A stretch of 62,123 nt of DNA, filler included, from Globobulimina sp. (lineage: Eukaryota): the NCBI GenBank assembly GCA_003354225.1. It is 13 parts of 13 records of this genome, joined end to end, with 100 filler letters (N's around TTAATTAATTAA, not from the genome) between each part and the next. Parts side by side here need not be neighbours in the genome. Positions count along the whole stretch, not along the records: positions 1 to 4,694 come from PIVH01000995.1; positions 4,795 to 9,488 come from PIVH01000996.1; positions 9,589 to 14,279 come from PIVH01000997.1; 10 more parts are not named here. One strand, given 5' to 3'. The position numbers and the translations under genes are program-made. The notes beneath the pieces were generated by a model. That model was given only the letters and a program-made list of their open reading frames with translations, did no database searches and had not been told where the DNA came from. This document shows, piece after piece, positions 1 to 11,074 of this stretch. The number at the start of each line of letters is the position of its first letter. Position 1 is the stretch's first letter.

Positions 1-119
1 CATATATAAATTCATTCAACAAAAATAATTCTACAATTATCCATATATCCAATATCATACACATCAAAGAGATGATGATAAATGAGCAATCGTACAATTG
101 TGTGAGGACATGTATCAGT
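1..119. repeat. 119-bp exact terminal direct repeat of contig 1 (copy A)
   Basis: 1-119 (catatataaattcattc...ggacatgtatcagt) is identical to 4576-4694. Confidence 0.95.
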
Positions 120-169
120 CTGTTACTGTATGACTTATTTATCAGAATGTTATCTTCCTCAACGTTCAT
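1..169 (-). CDS. N-terminal piece of the XK-like membrane protein; continues through the terminal repeat into 4694->2819
   Basis: ATG at 169 gives MNVEEDNILINKSYSNRLIHVLTQLYDCSFIIISLMCMILDIW, which matches the start of the 2819..4672 ORF in frame. Confidence 0.85.
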   Translation of the reverse strand, partial: MNVEEDNILINKSYSNRLIHVLTQLYDCSFIIISLMCMILDIWIIVELFLLNEFIY

Positions 170-459
170 GTTAGTGTAAATAAATCTTTTGCTTCAGGTT
201 GAGAGAAAAAATCCGACGTACCATTATTTACTACCAAACGTATGATGATTGTGATCAAACCACAATCACAGTCAACAGAAACAAGAATATTGTCAACAGA
301 AACAAATAAAATCGCGAGTATAGAATATAAATATATTGTAGAAAAATATAAATCATATCAAAAAAACAATCAACATTCAATCTTTTTAATTTGGATACAA
401 AAAAAAAATAGAAAGACAATAAATATCCCTTATCCTTATAAATACAAAGACAGCAAAAA

Positions 460-1554
460 CTAAACAACTGTCTCGTGATTTTGTATTGATTCATTCATAT
501 TTTTCATATTTTCCATCATTACTGATTTTGACCAAATAGAGACACATTTTAAATGCAAACAATTGCAATATTTGGTATATGCTTGTTTTGAAAATGGAAA
601 TGTTAATATTATATAAAGGGTAGAAACCATTGAATCGATACAACCCAAAGTAAAATGTACCATATATGCTGTGTAATAAAATTGAAATGAGCCAGTTTCC
701 ATTGCATAGCTAATTGCTGCACTGTGAATAATTTGTGATGCAGTGAATATTTGAGTTGATAAAACAGTCATAAATGTCAACAGAAAATATTTAATCATTA
801 CGTTAAATAATTTGGCAGAGTGACGACTTCTGAATCCTGTATTGTTTGTATTTTGATTTTCGTTTTGCGTTTTTGTATCAACCACCATGGTAATTTTATA
901 TATCTTGCTACAAAAAAGATAAATAATGAAAATATTTAATATCCAGTCGATGGAAAACTTTATCCAGACAGCAGGTCCATATACAAAATTAAATGTTTTC
1001 CAATCAAAACAGCCCAAAACTTGGAATAACCAAATGATTGATATTAACTGTTGAGAGACTATGAAACAAATAAGAATTATGTAAAATATCCATTGTGTGC
1101 ACTTTGTTAATTTATGTTCTGTTTCCTTGAAAGTTCTTCGTAATCTAAATATATAGAAACAAAGAATATGTCGGGAAAACAAAAGAATAATAATGTTGCT
1201 TAACCGTTCAAAGAACAATAAATACGTAAAGCAATATCCAAATGCCCACAATGAATTATATATTCCCCAAAGATCCTCTGTAAATTTGGTGATTCTGCCA
1301 TTTGGTAACTTGACAAAAATAATGTATAAATGATTTGCTATTTGTGACAAAAGAAAAAAGGACAAGCTTGCAATACTGAGCAATTTAATGTTTCTATGGA
1401 TGATGATATTTTGTTTCCTTTTCGTTAAATACAACCGATAAATGGTATAACATAAAGCAACCAGTACCATGAAGCAGCACATAAAACCAAATGATAAAAT
1501 TGCGACCCATACCTCAACATCAAAACGCTGGTGAAACTTCAGATCATCTGACAT
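460..1554 (-). CDS. Multi-pass (about 7TM, GPCR-like) membrane protein, one intron
   Basis: About seven hydrophobic segments and a C-terminal YxxYCxCLHxxC motif after the last helix. ATG at 1554 (MSDDLKF). In-frame 60-nt GT-AG intron at 1145-1204; removal gives FERLRRTF. Confidence 0.65.
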   Translation of the reverse strand: MSDDLKFHQRFDVEVWVAILSFGFMCCFMVLVALCYTIYRLYLTKRKQNIIIHRNIKLLSIASLSFFLLSQIANHLYIIFVKLPNGRITKFTEDLWGIYNSLWAFGYCFTYLLFFERLSNIIILLFSRHILCFYIFRLRRTFKETEHKLTKCTQWIFYIILICFIVSQQLISIIWLFQVLGCFDWKTFNFVYGPAVWIKFSIDWILNIFIIYLFCSKIYKITMVVDTKTQNENQNTNNTGFRSRHSAKLFNVMIKYFLLTFMTVLSTQIFTASQIIHSAAISYAMETGSFQFYYTAYMVHFTLGCIDSMVSTLYIILTFPFSKQAYTKYCNCLHLKCVSIWSKSVMMENMKNMNESIQNHETVV

Positions 1555-1678
1555 TATGCGGAGAAAATGTGTTTTTGGCAAACTTTCACTGCCTGACAAG
1601 AAAATGCGTTTTGGGGAAGCTTTGCTGCCGCATAATTATTAGGTCCGCAATATATTACATTAAATATCACTATCAATT

Positions 1679-2788
1679 TTAAAATTGAATATTATGTGAC
1701 CCTAATTTATGAAATGGATCATTTAGTTTCTTACTACCAATTAATCGCTGGCAAATTTCATCCACATGAGAATGGCCAAAAACTCCCATCACTTTATTTC
1801 CATAGCAATTGTTTATAGTATTTGCAAAAATATCATTCCGTTTTTCATAAATCCAATGCCAATGCGGTTTGTTAATCATTAACGTACTGTTATAATATTC
1901 GTGCAATAGATTTTTGTGAATCTCTGGTAACAACGAGGGACAAAATAATTGTCCAATTATATGCAGTGTAATACCGCTCGATCTGTCGACTGCATCTTTT
2001 GATTGCATTGTATCCAAATACCTTGCGATGCGAGACATTATTCTGCATTGTGCAATATTCCAATCTGATAAAACAATATGAGTCGCAATGTTTTTATTTG
2101 CACAATTTACAGCAACACCGACATCCAAATATTTATCAAACCGGAAACTTTCTTTTTTCCTCATTGCTGTCACATATCTGTCAATTCGAACTGCATCGGA
2201 TTCTAACAATAATTTGTTTGGCTGCCAGTTTTTAATAATTTTTCCAAGTTGTCGCGATAATGGGAAACTTAAATGATTTGAATGAAATAGCAATAAATCA
2301 CTGTTTAATGGCTCGTTGCGCAAATAAGTGATATATTGTTTATATTTTTTAAATGTATTTCTTTGTGTAATGTTGTGCTTATCCAATAATTCTTGATTGC
2401 TACATTCCATCCAATCGCCACATTTTAGAGAATTCGTGTTAGAATTTGCATAATCCAGACATGTCGAAATATAATCTGAACCACCAAAGAACTCTAATGT
2501 GCTGGGTGTTAAATGCCAGCTATTCTCAGATATAGCAACATAAAGTTGTTCCATATTAAATGAAGCTAATTTAGTTTGTTTCGGGTGATTTAATAATATG
2601 GAAGCGCCATTAAATTCATTTTTGAGTGTTTGTAGGTCTGCCATGTATTTATCTGCTTCTTCTAAGGATATATCTTCAAAATCAATTGATTTGCAATGTG
2701 GTAAATATATTTTAGTCCAATTTGTAACGTTTATTTTGAATTGCTTGAATAATAATGGTAACCAATTGCAAAAAGTTAGCAAGAACAT
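1679..2788 (-). CDS. TraB/PrgY/TIKI-family (TRABD-like) domain protein
   Basis: Ordered motifs resemble the TraB family: FHSNHLS (GTAHxS), QPNKLLLESDAVR (PDxVxVELxxxR), IVLSDWNI (VVLGDRxI), YEKRNDIFA (ERDxxMA), VMGVFGHSHVDEI (VVAVVGAGHxxGI). Confidence 0.7.
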   Translation of the reverse strand: MFLLTFCNWLPLLFKQFKINVTNWTKIYLPHCKSIDFEDISLEEADKYMADLQTLKNEFNGASILLNHPKQTKLASFNMEQLYVAISENSWHLTPSTLEFFGGSDYISTCLDYANSNTNSLKCGDWMECSNQELLDKHNITQRNTFKKYKQYITYLRNEPLNSDLLLFHSNHLSFPLSRQLGKIIKNWQPNKLLLESDAVRIDRYVTAMRKKESFRFDKYLDVGVAVNCANKNIATHIVLSDWNIAQCRIMSRIARYLDTMQSKDAVDRSSGITLHIIGQLFCPSLLPEIHKNLLHEYYNSTLMINKPHWHWIYEKRNDIFANTINNCYGNKVMGVFGHSHVDEICQRLIGSKKLNDPFHKLGSHNIQF

Positions 2789-2818
2789 GTATGCAACTCA
2801 AAATAAGTAAGAGATTGT

Positions 2819-4694
2819 CTAATCAACAAACAATGAGCCATATTGATAACTAACACCAGATGGATGAATTATTTTGTTGCTAACACCATTCCGTTTTCGT
2901 TTTTCTTGATAAGATTGAGCAATAATCATTGTTGTGGTATACTTGAAAATAAGATATCCAACATCGGGACCAAATTTATGGATTAAAGCAGCTTTTACTG
3001 CAGGGAGCCATTCAATTTCTTTATAGTTTGCTCGCATTCTTTTCATAAATTGATGAGGTGTCACCGAGGCAACATCTATTTTGTTAACGCCACAGCCAAC
3101 ATGCCATAAAATATATTGTTGTCGATAAAGAAAATATAATGATACAAATACCATACATTGCAATACTAAATACATAGTCAATAATATTAATTGAAATGAT
3201 GATACTGTACATGTACACAGACCATCAAATGTTACGATAATAACCAAAAATATCCATCCATATAAAAAAGTAATAATTTTACCAACGCACCATAAAGGAA
3301 CAAAGAAAAACAAAAAAAAAGTGCCAATGACGAGTTGCATGCAATGCATTGCGGCATAGCATCTATCTCCGCTCTGCATTTCCAATTTTATTTGCAATTT
3401 ATAGTCACTTAATCGGATTATGTATTTTTGCCAACACTGTTTTATTAGATTTGATTTGTTTGTTTCTGAAACAAATGTACGCAAATCGGCATATTCAACA
3501 TCATGTAATTTCCCTTCTTCCTTCAACGTATTTAATGCATTAATTGACTGTCGCATAATATATTGATTATTATCTGATGATAACTCATAAATTGCATAAT
3601 TCACACAAATTAATCGTATCATTTCTTCATCTTTTTTTTCTGTGATAAAATCTAATAATGATTCAACTGAACATACAATGCTCTGTTTTATTGCTAAAGA
3701 ATGCTTACTGTCCTCGCTATCATTATACTTAAATCTCGATAGCAACATATATTCAACAAATATTGCAAGAACAACACACGTGCAAAATTGTGCGAAAATA
3801 TATCCAATGATCGCCATGAATAATATAACAAAAAATGCGCAACATATTGATAAGACTGGATTGTCGGTAGTTTCATTTATTTGATTGATTATATTAAATT
3901 TATCGATATCTTGGCTGAAAGCTAAAAAAAAAAAAATAATAATGGATATGAGAGTTATTGGCACAGTAAATATAAAATAATTAAACATCCATATTTCAGC
4001 AAAGATGTTGAGATAATTATTCTGTTGATTACCGAGTCTGAACAATGAATCATTATTTGAAAAAACATAAAATATAATTAATAATATTCCAAACATGTCG
4101 GTAACGACACAAAACCAAACAAATATAACTGTGGTAAATGTGCTATGTAAATGTGCTGCTAATTTAATGAATAACGCCAATGATAAAGCACTCATTGATA
4201 TTAGCACTGAAATCTTGAGTATCATTCCTATATTTGATGGTTGCAATTGGTTTTGATGATGAATTATAAATGCAATATGAATGATTAATTGTGACCCGGT
4301 TTGACTAGAATGTTGTAAAAAATGCCCAGCATGATACTCTCGTCGGTCATCTAACCACTTCCATTGAGGATACTTATCTTCGTCTTCATCTTTCAAATGT
4401 TTTCGAATTTTGTGTAAAATAAAATGGCCGCTTGGAATTAAATATGTAAAACATATTCCAACCAAACAAAATGCAGCTATATAACATTCATAGTGTAACT
4501 CATCATAATGTATACTAACTTCTGCACAGAGCATAATGAGATGTGATAAGCCAACAAATATTGCAGATACCATTCCATATATAAATTCATTCAACAAAAA
4601 TAATTCTACAATTATCCATATATCCAATATCATACACATCAAAGAGATGATGATAAATGAGCAATCGTACAATTGTGTGAGGACATGTATCAGT
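2819..4694 (-). CDS. XK-related-like multi-pass membrane protein; 5' end lies at 120-169 across the circular junction
   Basis: Many TM segments. Clear paralogue of 24294..26213 (C-terminus WLPAVKAALIHKFGPDVGYLIFKY vs WFPKVKVIIMNKFGRDVGPIIMNY; FQLILLTMYLVLQ vs FQLVMLLIYIGLQ). Confidence 0.7.
4576..4694. repeat. 119-bp exact terminal direct repeat of contig 1 (copy B)
   Basis: Identical to 1-119. Confidence 0.95.
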
Positions 4695-4794
4695 NNNNNN
4701 NNNNNNNNNNNNNNNNNNNNNNNNNNNNNNNNNNNNNNTTAATTAATTAANNNNNNNNNNNNNNNNNNNNNNNNNNNNNNNNNNNNNNNNNNNN
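4695..4794. other. Artificial contig linker (first of 12)
   Basis: 44 N + TTAATTAATTAA (stops in all six frames) + 44 N. Repeats at 9489-9588, 14280-14379, 19070-19169, 23858-23957, 28646-28745, 33433-33532, 38218-38317, 43003-43102, 47786-47885, 52566-52665 and 57345-57444. Confidence 0.98.
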
Positions 4795-4841
4795 TCAAGT
4801 AACCTTAAAAATGATGTTGTTTTTTCCAAAACTCTATACAG

Positions 4842-7800
4842 GGTCTAATCAAATACATCGGTGAGAAAGAATTCAGTGCTGGCAAACCAATGCTCGGCAT
4901 CGAATTAGACGACGAGGACCCCACTGCACAAGACGGCAGTGTTGGGAGCAAGACCTATTTCAACACGCCAATGGGCAAAGGCATCTTCGTCCGGCGTGCC
5001 AGTGTGGTGGCCGTAGGCAACAAAGAGCTCGCCGCCTTCATCAAAGAAGTGCAAGAAAACAAAAGCAAAGACAACAGGCAGTCGGATGACGACCAAGATG
5101 ACGACGAAAGCGATAAAGTGTCTGATTTAGAGCAAGAAGACGATAATCGCGTGATGGAGGTGGGCGATTACGTTGAATTAGGATCGGGCATCACGGGCAT
5201 TATCAAATTTATCGGTGCCACTGACTTCGCCAAGGACGAATGCATCGGCTTAGAAATGAACACTTGGGACAGCGAAGGCGGCGACGGCACGCGTAACGGC
5301 AAGAGATACTTTCGCAGCAAACCCGGCCACGCGACGTGGACGCGGAGGAATAAGATCGCGCGGTATTTGAAAGTACCCGCACACTTAAAAAATGTCGACA
5401 TTCAGCAGTTGTTGAAAGAGCGTACCGTGGACGGCAAACGCATTGATTTGGTGGAGCGGTTCGCGCAAATCGAGGCGAAGCAGAGCAAGAAGGATCTGAT
5501 GATGTCGATGGGCGCCATCGGCATCCCGACGCAGACGCAATTTGATAACGCCAAGGTTGGTGACAGAGTGGAATTGGACCGTGGCAAAATGGGCACCATT
5601 CGCTACATTGGCCAGGTCAAATTCAATTCGTCTGAGGAACTGCTGGGGATTGAGCTGGACCGCTTTGATGCGCAAGCGCATGACGGCCGGGGCTACTTTG
5701 AGACAAAGAAGGGCCACGGCCACGCTATCTTTAAGACGAAGGACGCGATCAAGCGGCTGATACCTATGGACAATGTCAGTACGCCGGTGATCAGCGAAGG
5801 GGGCAGCGAAGGGTTTGGGTTTATTGCGGCGAATAATATTCAGATTGACGATCGGGTGCGGTTACAAAATGGAAGGACGGGTGTGATTCGATGGAAGGGT
5901 CTGTTCGATAGCAAAGATATTGGATATACCGAGGCTGAGGATGGTGAGAGTAAAGAGGCTGAACAAGAAACAAAATCTAGTGAACCGAGGGAACATTTTG
6001 GCATTGAATTGGATATTAGCGATTCGAGCGGGAATAATGGATATTACAAAGAGACGAAATATTTCAATTGCGCTCCGAATCGAGGCATATTTGTGCCGTT
6101 TGAGGAGATTATGGAGAATCTGGGCAGTACACAGACGGAATGGCTGCACCATAAATACACGATTTTGCAGGATCAGCATGTGATTTTGAAGATAAATATG
6201 CGCATTCAGACGGTTATCGGGGGCTGTGGTATTATTCGCTATTTGGGGAATCCCGGGTTTGTGGATGATTTGATGTACGGACTGGAACTGGATCAGTGGT
6301 CTCCCAACGCGACCAATGGCTTTGTCAACGGAGAGGAGTTTTTCTTATGCGAGCAGGGCAAAGGCTTTTTTGTGGGGAGAGAGTCGATCATAAAGTGTCT
6401 GACTGCAGACGATATGGAGGTGATTGAGCCCGCTGCCATGGACTTGCCGCAATTGAAGAAAATGCCTCGAATGCATGATAAGATTAAGTTAGTTGATGGC
6501 CAGATTGGTGTGATTTGTTTCATTGGAATGTTGGAGTTCAGCTCGGAGACTTATATTGGCATAAAATTGGATCAATGGTCGCCTAATGGCAACGATGGCA
6601 GTGCTGCGGGCAAAAAGTACTTTAAATGCGAACCTGGCCATGGATATTTTGTGAAATTGATCGATTGTGCTGCCAATTTAGGCAGTATTATTTCGACTGC
6701 ATTCAAGAACAAAGCACGCGATGAGCAGAAAAAAACAGGGAATTTGCTCAAAGTTGGGGATAAGATCAAGTTGCAAGATGGCGGCGTGGGCATAGTGAAA
6801 TATATTGGCAGCACACACTTCAACGAAGAGGATATGGTCGGTATTGAATTGGATTCGTGGTCGGCCAATGGACATAATGGCAAAGTGAAAGGACGGACAT
6901 ATTTCAAAGCTACGCCAGGCTGCGGCACATTCGCTCGAAGAGGCTCTATCATGCAACGGATCCCAATGAATTTAGGTATTGATTCTGCGGCGTTGGTGCC
7001 GTTACCCGATGCCGGGGACAAAGTGAAACTAAAAAACGGCGATATTGGCGTGGTGCAATGGATTGAGGACACTGCGTCGAAGCCTGATGAACAGAAACAA
7101 ATTCAGATCCAGTTACTGGAGCAAGATGGAGGCAGTGTGCTGTCGAGTGTGAGTGCCATTACTTTGATGGATGTGGAGGAGAATTTAGGTCGACAGACCA
7201 CAGTGGACGACCAAGGCGTGACTGAGGCGGATATTTGTGTCGGTGTACATGTGCGTTTAACGCGGGGCAAGACGGGCCATATCCGGTATATTGGCGCAGT
7301 GGGCAATGTGGATGAACTGATTGGCATTGAATTGGATTCGTGGAGTCATAATGGCCATGATGGAAAGGGACATTTTAAATGTCAAATTGGAAGGGGTTAC
7401 TTTACGAAGCGGACCAATATCATCGGCATTATAGCACTGACCGAGAAGTCGACGCAGGAACAGTTGCAGCTGAAACGCCATCGGAATATACGCAAACTGC
7501 GGAAGAAGTTGCGCAAGATTTTGATGTTGGAGCAGAAGGCTAAAAATGGATTGAAATTATCAGATGAACAGCAACAGCAGTTGGTGAATAAAGGCGAATA
7601 TCAACGGCAATTACAAGAGTTGCAACAAGCGTTTGCTAGGAATACGCCTGCGATTCAGATTGATGATATCGTGAAACATGACATTGTGAGCATACAAAAG
7701 ATACCCGAGGTAGCCATGTACGACACGATTATCTTAGATACGGGCGAACGCGGTCGGGTGGTGTTTATCGGTGATGTGCACTTTGATGACCATGAAATGT

Positions 7801-9488
7801 TAGGCATTGTACTGGATAAATGGTCGCCTAACGCGCACAATGGAAGTATTGATGGGAAATCGTATTTTGTGGCGCCTGATGGTCGTGGATTGTTAGTGCC
7901 CAGCTCTGCAGTACATGACGTTGTAGATGGCACCAATGTGAATAGAGCAGACAGCGTCGATGATGATGAAAAACATGTAGCTTCTCTCGGCGGTGAAGGC
8001 AATGACACGTTATCCAAGTTAAAAGTAGGTGATTCTGTGCAATTAGGTGCGAAAAAGGGCACTGTGAAGTATGTGGGCACTACAGACTTCAGCAAAGATG
8101 AGCCAGTGCTGGGCATCGAATTGGACGATTGGTCCGCCAATGCCAATGATGGCAGCATCGCCGGTAAGAAATATTTCGACGCTTCGCCTGGAAAAGGCTA
8201 TTTTATGCGGAAGCAATCGTATATGACCTTGGCAGACATGCTGAATGCCTCAGAGTTTACGGATAATCCCGACAATGAAATATACCGTCGGGACAGTGTG
8301 GTTATTCACGATGTATCGCATATATTGCCCATCGAGTATGACCTCGGCGATAAGGTTAGGTTAGAAAGTGGCGATTGTGGCGTGATCAAATTCATCGGCA
8401 AGACTTCCTTTTGCGTGGATAAGCTCATTGGAGTGGAGCTGGATAAATGGAGTCCCAATGGACACAATGGTTCGTATAAAGACACGCCGTATTTTGATGC
8501 CGTGGATGGGCGCGGCTTCTTTGTTCGACACGACTTGATTGTCAGTAAAGTGGACCCAAATAACCCAATGCCTTTAAGTACACTATACAATAAATCCATA
8601 ATCCGGCCGCCGAATACACGCATTGGTGACCGCATACGATTGAAAAATGGCTTAGTTGGCGTGGTACGCTTCCAAGGGAAGGTTGACTTCTCTCAGGACG
8701 TGTACTTAGGATTGGAGCTGGAAGGCAAGCATTATAACGGCAACGACGGCCAAGCGCATGCTCGGAGATATTTCAGTGTGCGTAAGAAACGCGGCTACTT
8801 TGCAAGGAAGACTGAGATCGCACGCATTTTGACCTCGTCCGGTGCGAAATCCCTAAAACAGATGAAAAAAGTCAAGTCGTTGACTGATTTCCCCAAATTA
8901 GGGGATAAGGTCAAGACTGCAAAGGGTAAAACCGGCATTGTGCAGTATGTCGGCTCCACGAACTTCGCGAAGGGTATCTTGATTGGCTTGGTGCTGGACC
9001 AATGGTGGCCGAATGGACATGATGGCAGCGTCAAGAAACAGAGATATTTCCGTTGCGCGACGGGTCGTGGCTACTTTACGCGGTTATCGCATTTAATTGA
9101 AAACTATGGACCAGCCACAAACGACAATGAAGATGATGTCATTCGCGATTATAACGAAGAACAAACGCACAGCAATCTCAACCGTAACCGCAGTATACCG
9201 GATCACGGCGAGGGTGAAGGCAGCGATATGCCTAAGTTTAAAGTCGGTGATCGGGTCAAATTACAGCACGGCAAGACCGGCGTAGTGCGTTTTATCGGCC
9301 GGCCTGATTTCGCTGAGGACGAAGTAGTGGGCATTGAGTTGGATACATGGAGCGCCAATGCGGGCGATGGCAGTGTTCGCGGAGAGCACGTATTTCAAAC
9401 CAGTGCCGGTCGCGGCTACTTTACACGGCGCAAATCCGTGGCCAATATCATCCAATCCAGGATCACTGAGGGTGCGTATGCACGGTTA
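4842..9488 (+). CDS. Giant multi-CAP-Gly domain protein (partial at both ends)
   Basis: At least 14 units of GDxVxL..G..G.(I/V)x(Y/F)(I/V)G...F.....G(I/L)ELDxW..N(G/A)x(D/N)G...G..YF.....G.F. The exon starts after the acceptor ctatacag at 4841 (GLIKYIGEKEF) and runs off the contig end. Confidence 0.92.
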
Positions 9489-9639
9489 NNNNNNNNNNNN
9501 NNNNNNNNNNNNNNNNNNNNNNNNNNNNNNNNTTAATTAATTAANNNNNNNNNNNNNNNNNNNNNNNNNNNNNNNNNNNNNNNNNNNNGAGGGCAAGAAA
9601 AAAGGCGCTTTGTGCGCAACAAACCGCTGATTTACATAC

Positions 9640-10935
9640 TTTGTCATGCTGCTGATCAGCTGCATTGACCGCCGACTTGCTTTTCTTCGCCTTTTGAGGC
9701 GCCACGAACGAAACGCTGTGCTTCGTCTTCTTCTTCGGCGTCTTCGTCGCCTTCTTATTCCTCTTCGAGGTTCTTAGCGGTGACGCCTCATCACCCGCTT
9801 TCCTCCGATACCCCCGCGATTTGCTACGGGATCGATCCTTCCGTCGGTCCTTCAAATCCTTCTCCCTCGCCAATACTCGCTCTTTTGCTGCAGTCACATC
9901 CTTGAGGAACGACTGCGTTTTCATCCAAAGGCCGCCGGACAACTCTTCAAATTCCGTCCGATCGAAGGCCATATTATAATAACTGCAGAAGGTGCCGACC
10001 GCGGTGTCCATCAATAGTCGCAACCGCGTGGCAGAAGCCCGTCGCGGCACTTTCTTCAAATATTTCTCAACGTTATGCACCGCCGTGTTATAGGCGCGCA
10101 TCTTCGCCATGTCCCGTTTGGGAATCTCGACCTTCGTCGCGCTGTCATCAAATAACGCGTTCAACGCGGCGGCGGCATCCGCATCGACTGTGCCATTCGT
10201 ATTGGCCACTTTACTGAGGCGCGCATCGTCCAAATCCATGTCATCATCGTCCTCGGCCTCAACCTTCTCACTCTCGGCGCTGTCGACTGTGGTCGCGGTG
10301 ACTGATTTGCGGCGGGAACTGCTCCGCAACCGCTGGTTAATAGGTTTGTCATCGTCAGAGCCGCTGTCGTCGTCCGCGTCGTTTCCGTTGCCGGCCATGT
10401 CATCATCGTCGTCCCCGTCCTCGTTACCATCCTCGCTCATCGTTTCGACGGCTTTTGCAGCATACAACGGAGGCAGGACATACGCTTCATCGGTCCATGG
10501 CGCTGTGTGTGCTTTGTCACTGACACAGCTGGGGCAAAATATATGCGTCGCATGTCGGTCATCGGTGCCTCTTTTGGGACACTCATAATACGCCGGGATC
10601 ATACGACGACGCCCGGACGCTCCACCTTTCCTAATATCGCACGTATTGTGCTTACAAACGATGCAATGCGCATCAACAACAAATCCAGGATCGGTGATCA
10701 TGGCCAACGCCATCTCCTGCTCGACGCCGCTATGACATACTTTATCGAACAATGCCGGCTTCACGATTCTGACCGGATAACCTTTACCACGCGGCGCCAA
10801 ATTCCATTGGCCATATAGCGATCCCATCTCTTTCTTCGTCACCAATTCGCGTAGCTTCGCGGCATCGGTGGCTGTCTTCGAAGTCATCGCTTTGATCGAT
10901 GAACTAATTCTTTTCAAATGAATATATTTCTTCCT
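9640..10935 (-). CDS. Orphan GC-rich exon: Cys/His cluster, acidic linker, K/R-rich basic tail (probably nuclear)
   Basis: Open about 430 codons. Contains HCIVCKHNTC...YECPK...HIFCPSC, a D/E-rich tract and RRKDRSRSKSR/KKKTK tracts. Candidate acceptor (taacag) ends at 10936; donor gtatgt at 9639. Confidence 0.55.
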
Positions 10936-11074
10936 CTGTTACGTCTTTATGGTTAAGAGGGAAAGGAGAAAGTTTTTCGAAGTCTGATAAAATCAGCTAG
11001 CAGAAAAACCTTCTTCGCCTTGCCGCAATAACCTTGTAAATCTGCAAGTGTTCGATTGACTGCAAAAATAACAG

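Noticed and set aside
1679-2788. TraB gene on a circular contig as evidence of a conjugative plasmid
   Set aside because: This TraB/TIKI family is widespread in eukaryotes. There is no rep or relaxase gene, and a neighbouring gene has a spliceosomal intron.
4905-10818. Numerous short overlapping ORFs in contigs 2 and 3
   Set aside because: Shadow ORFs of GC-richer coding sequence, with no motifs of their own.
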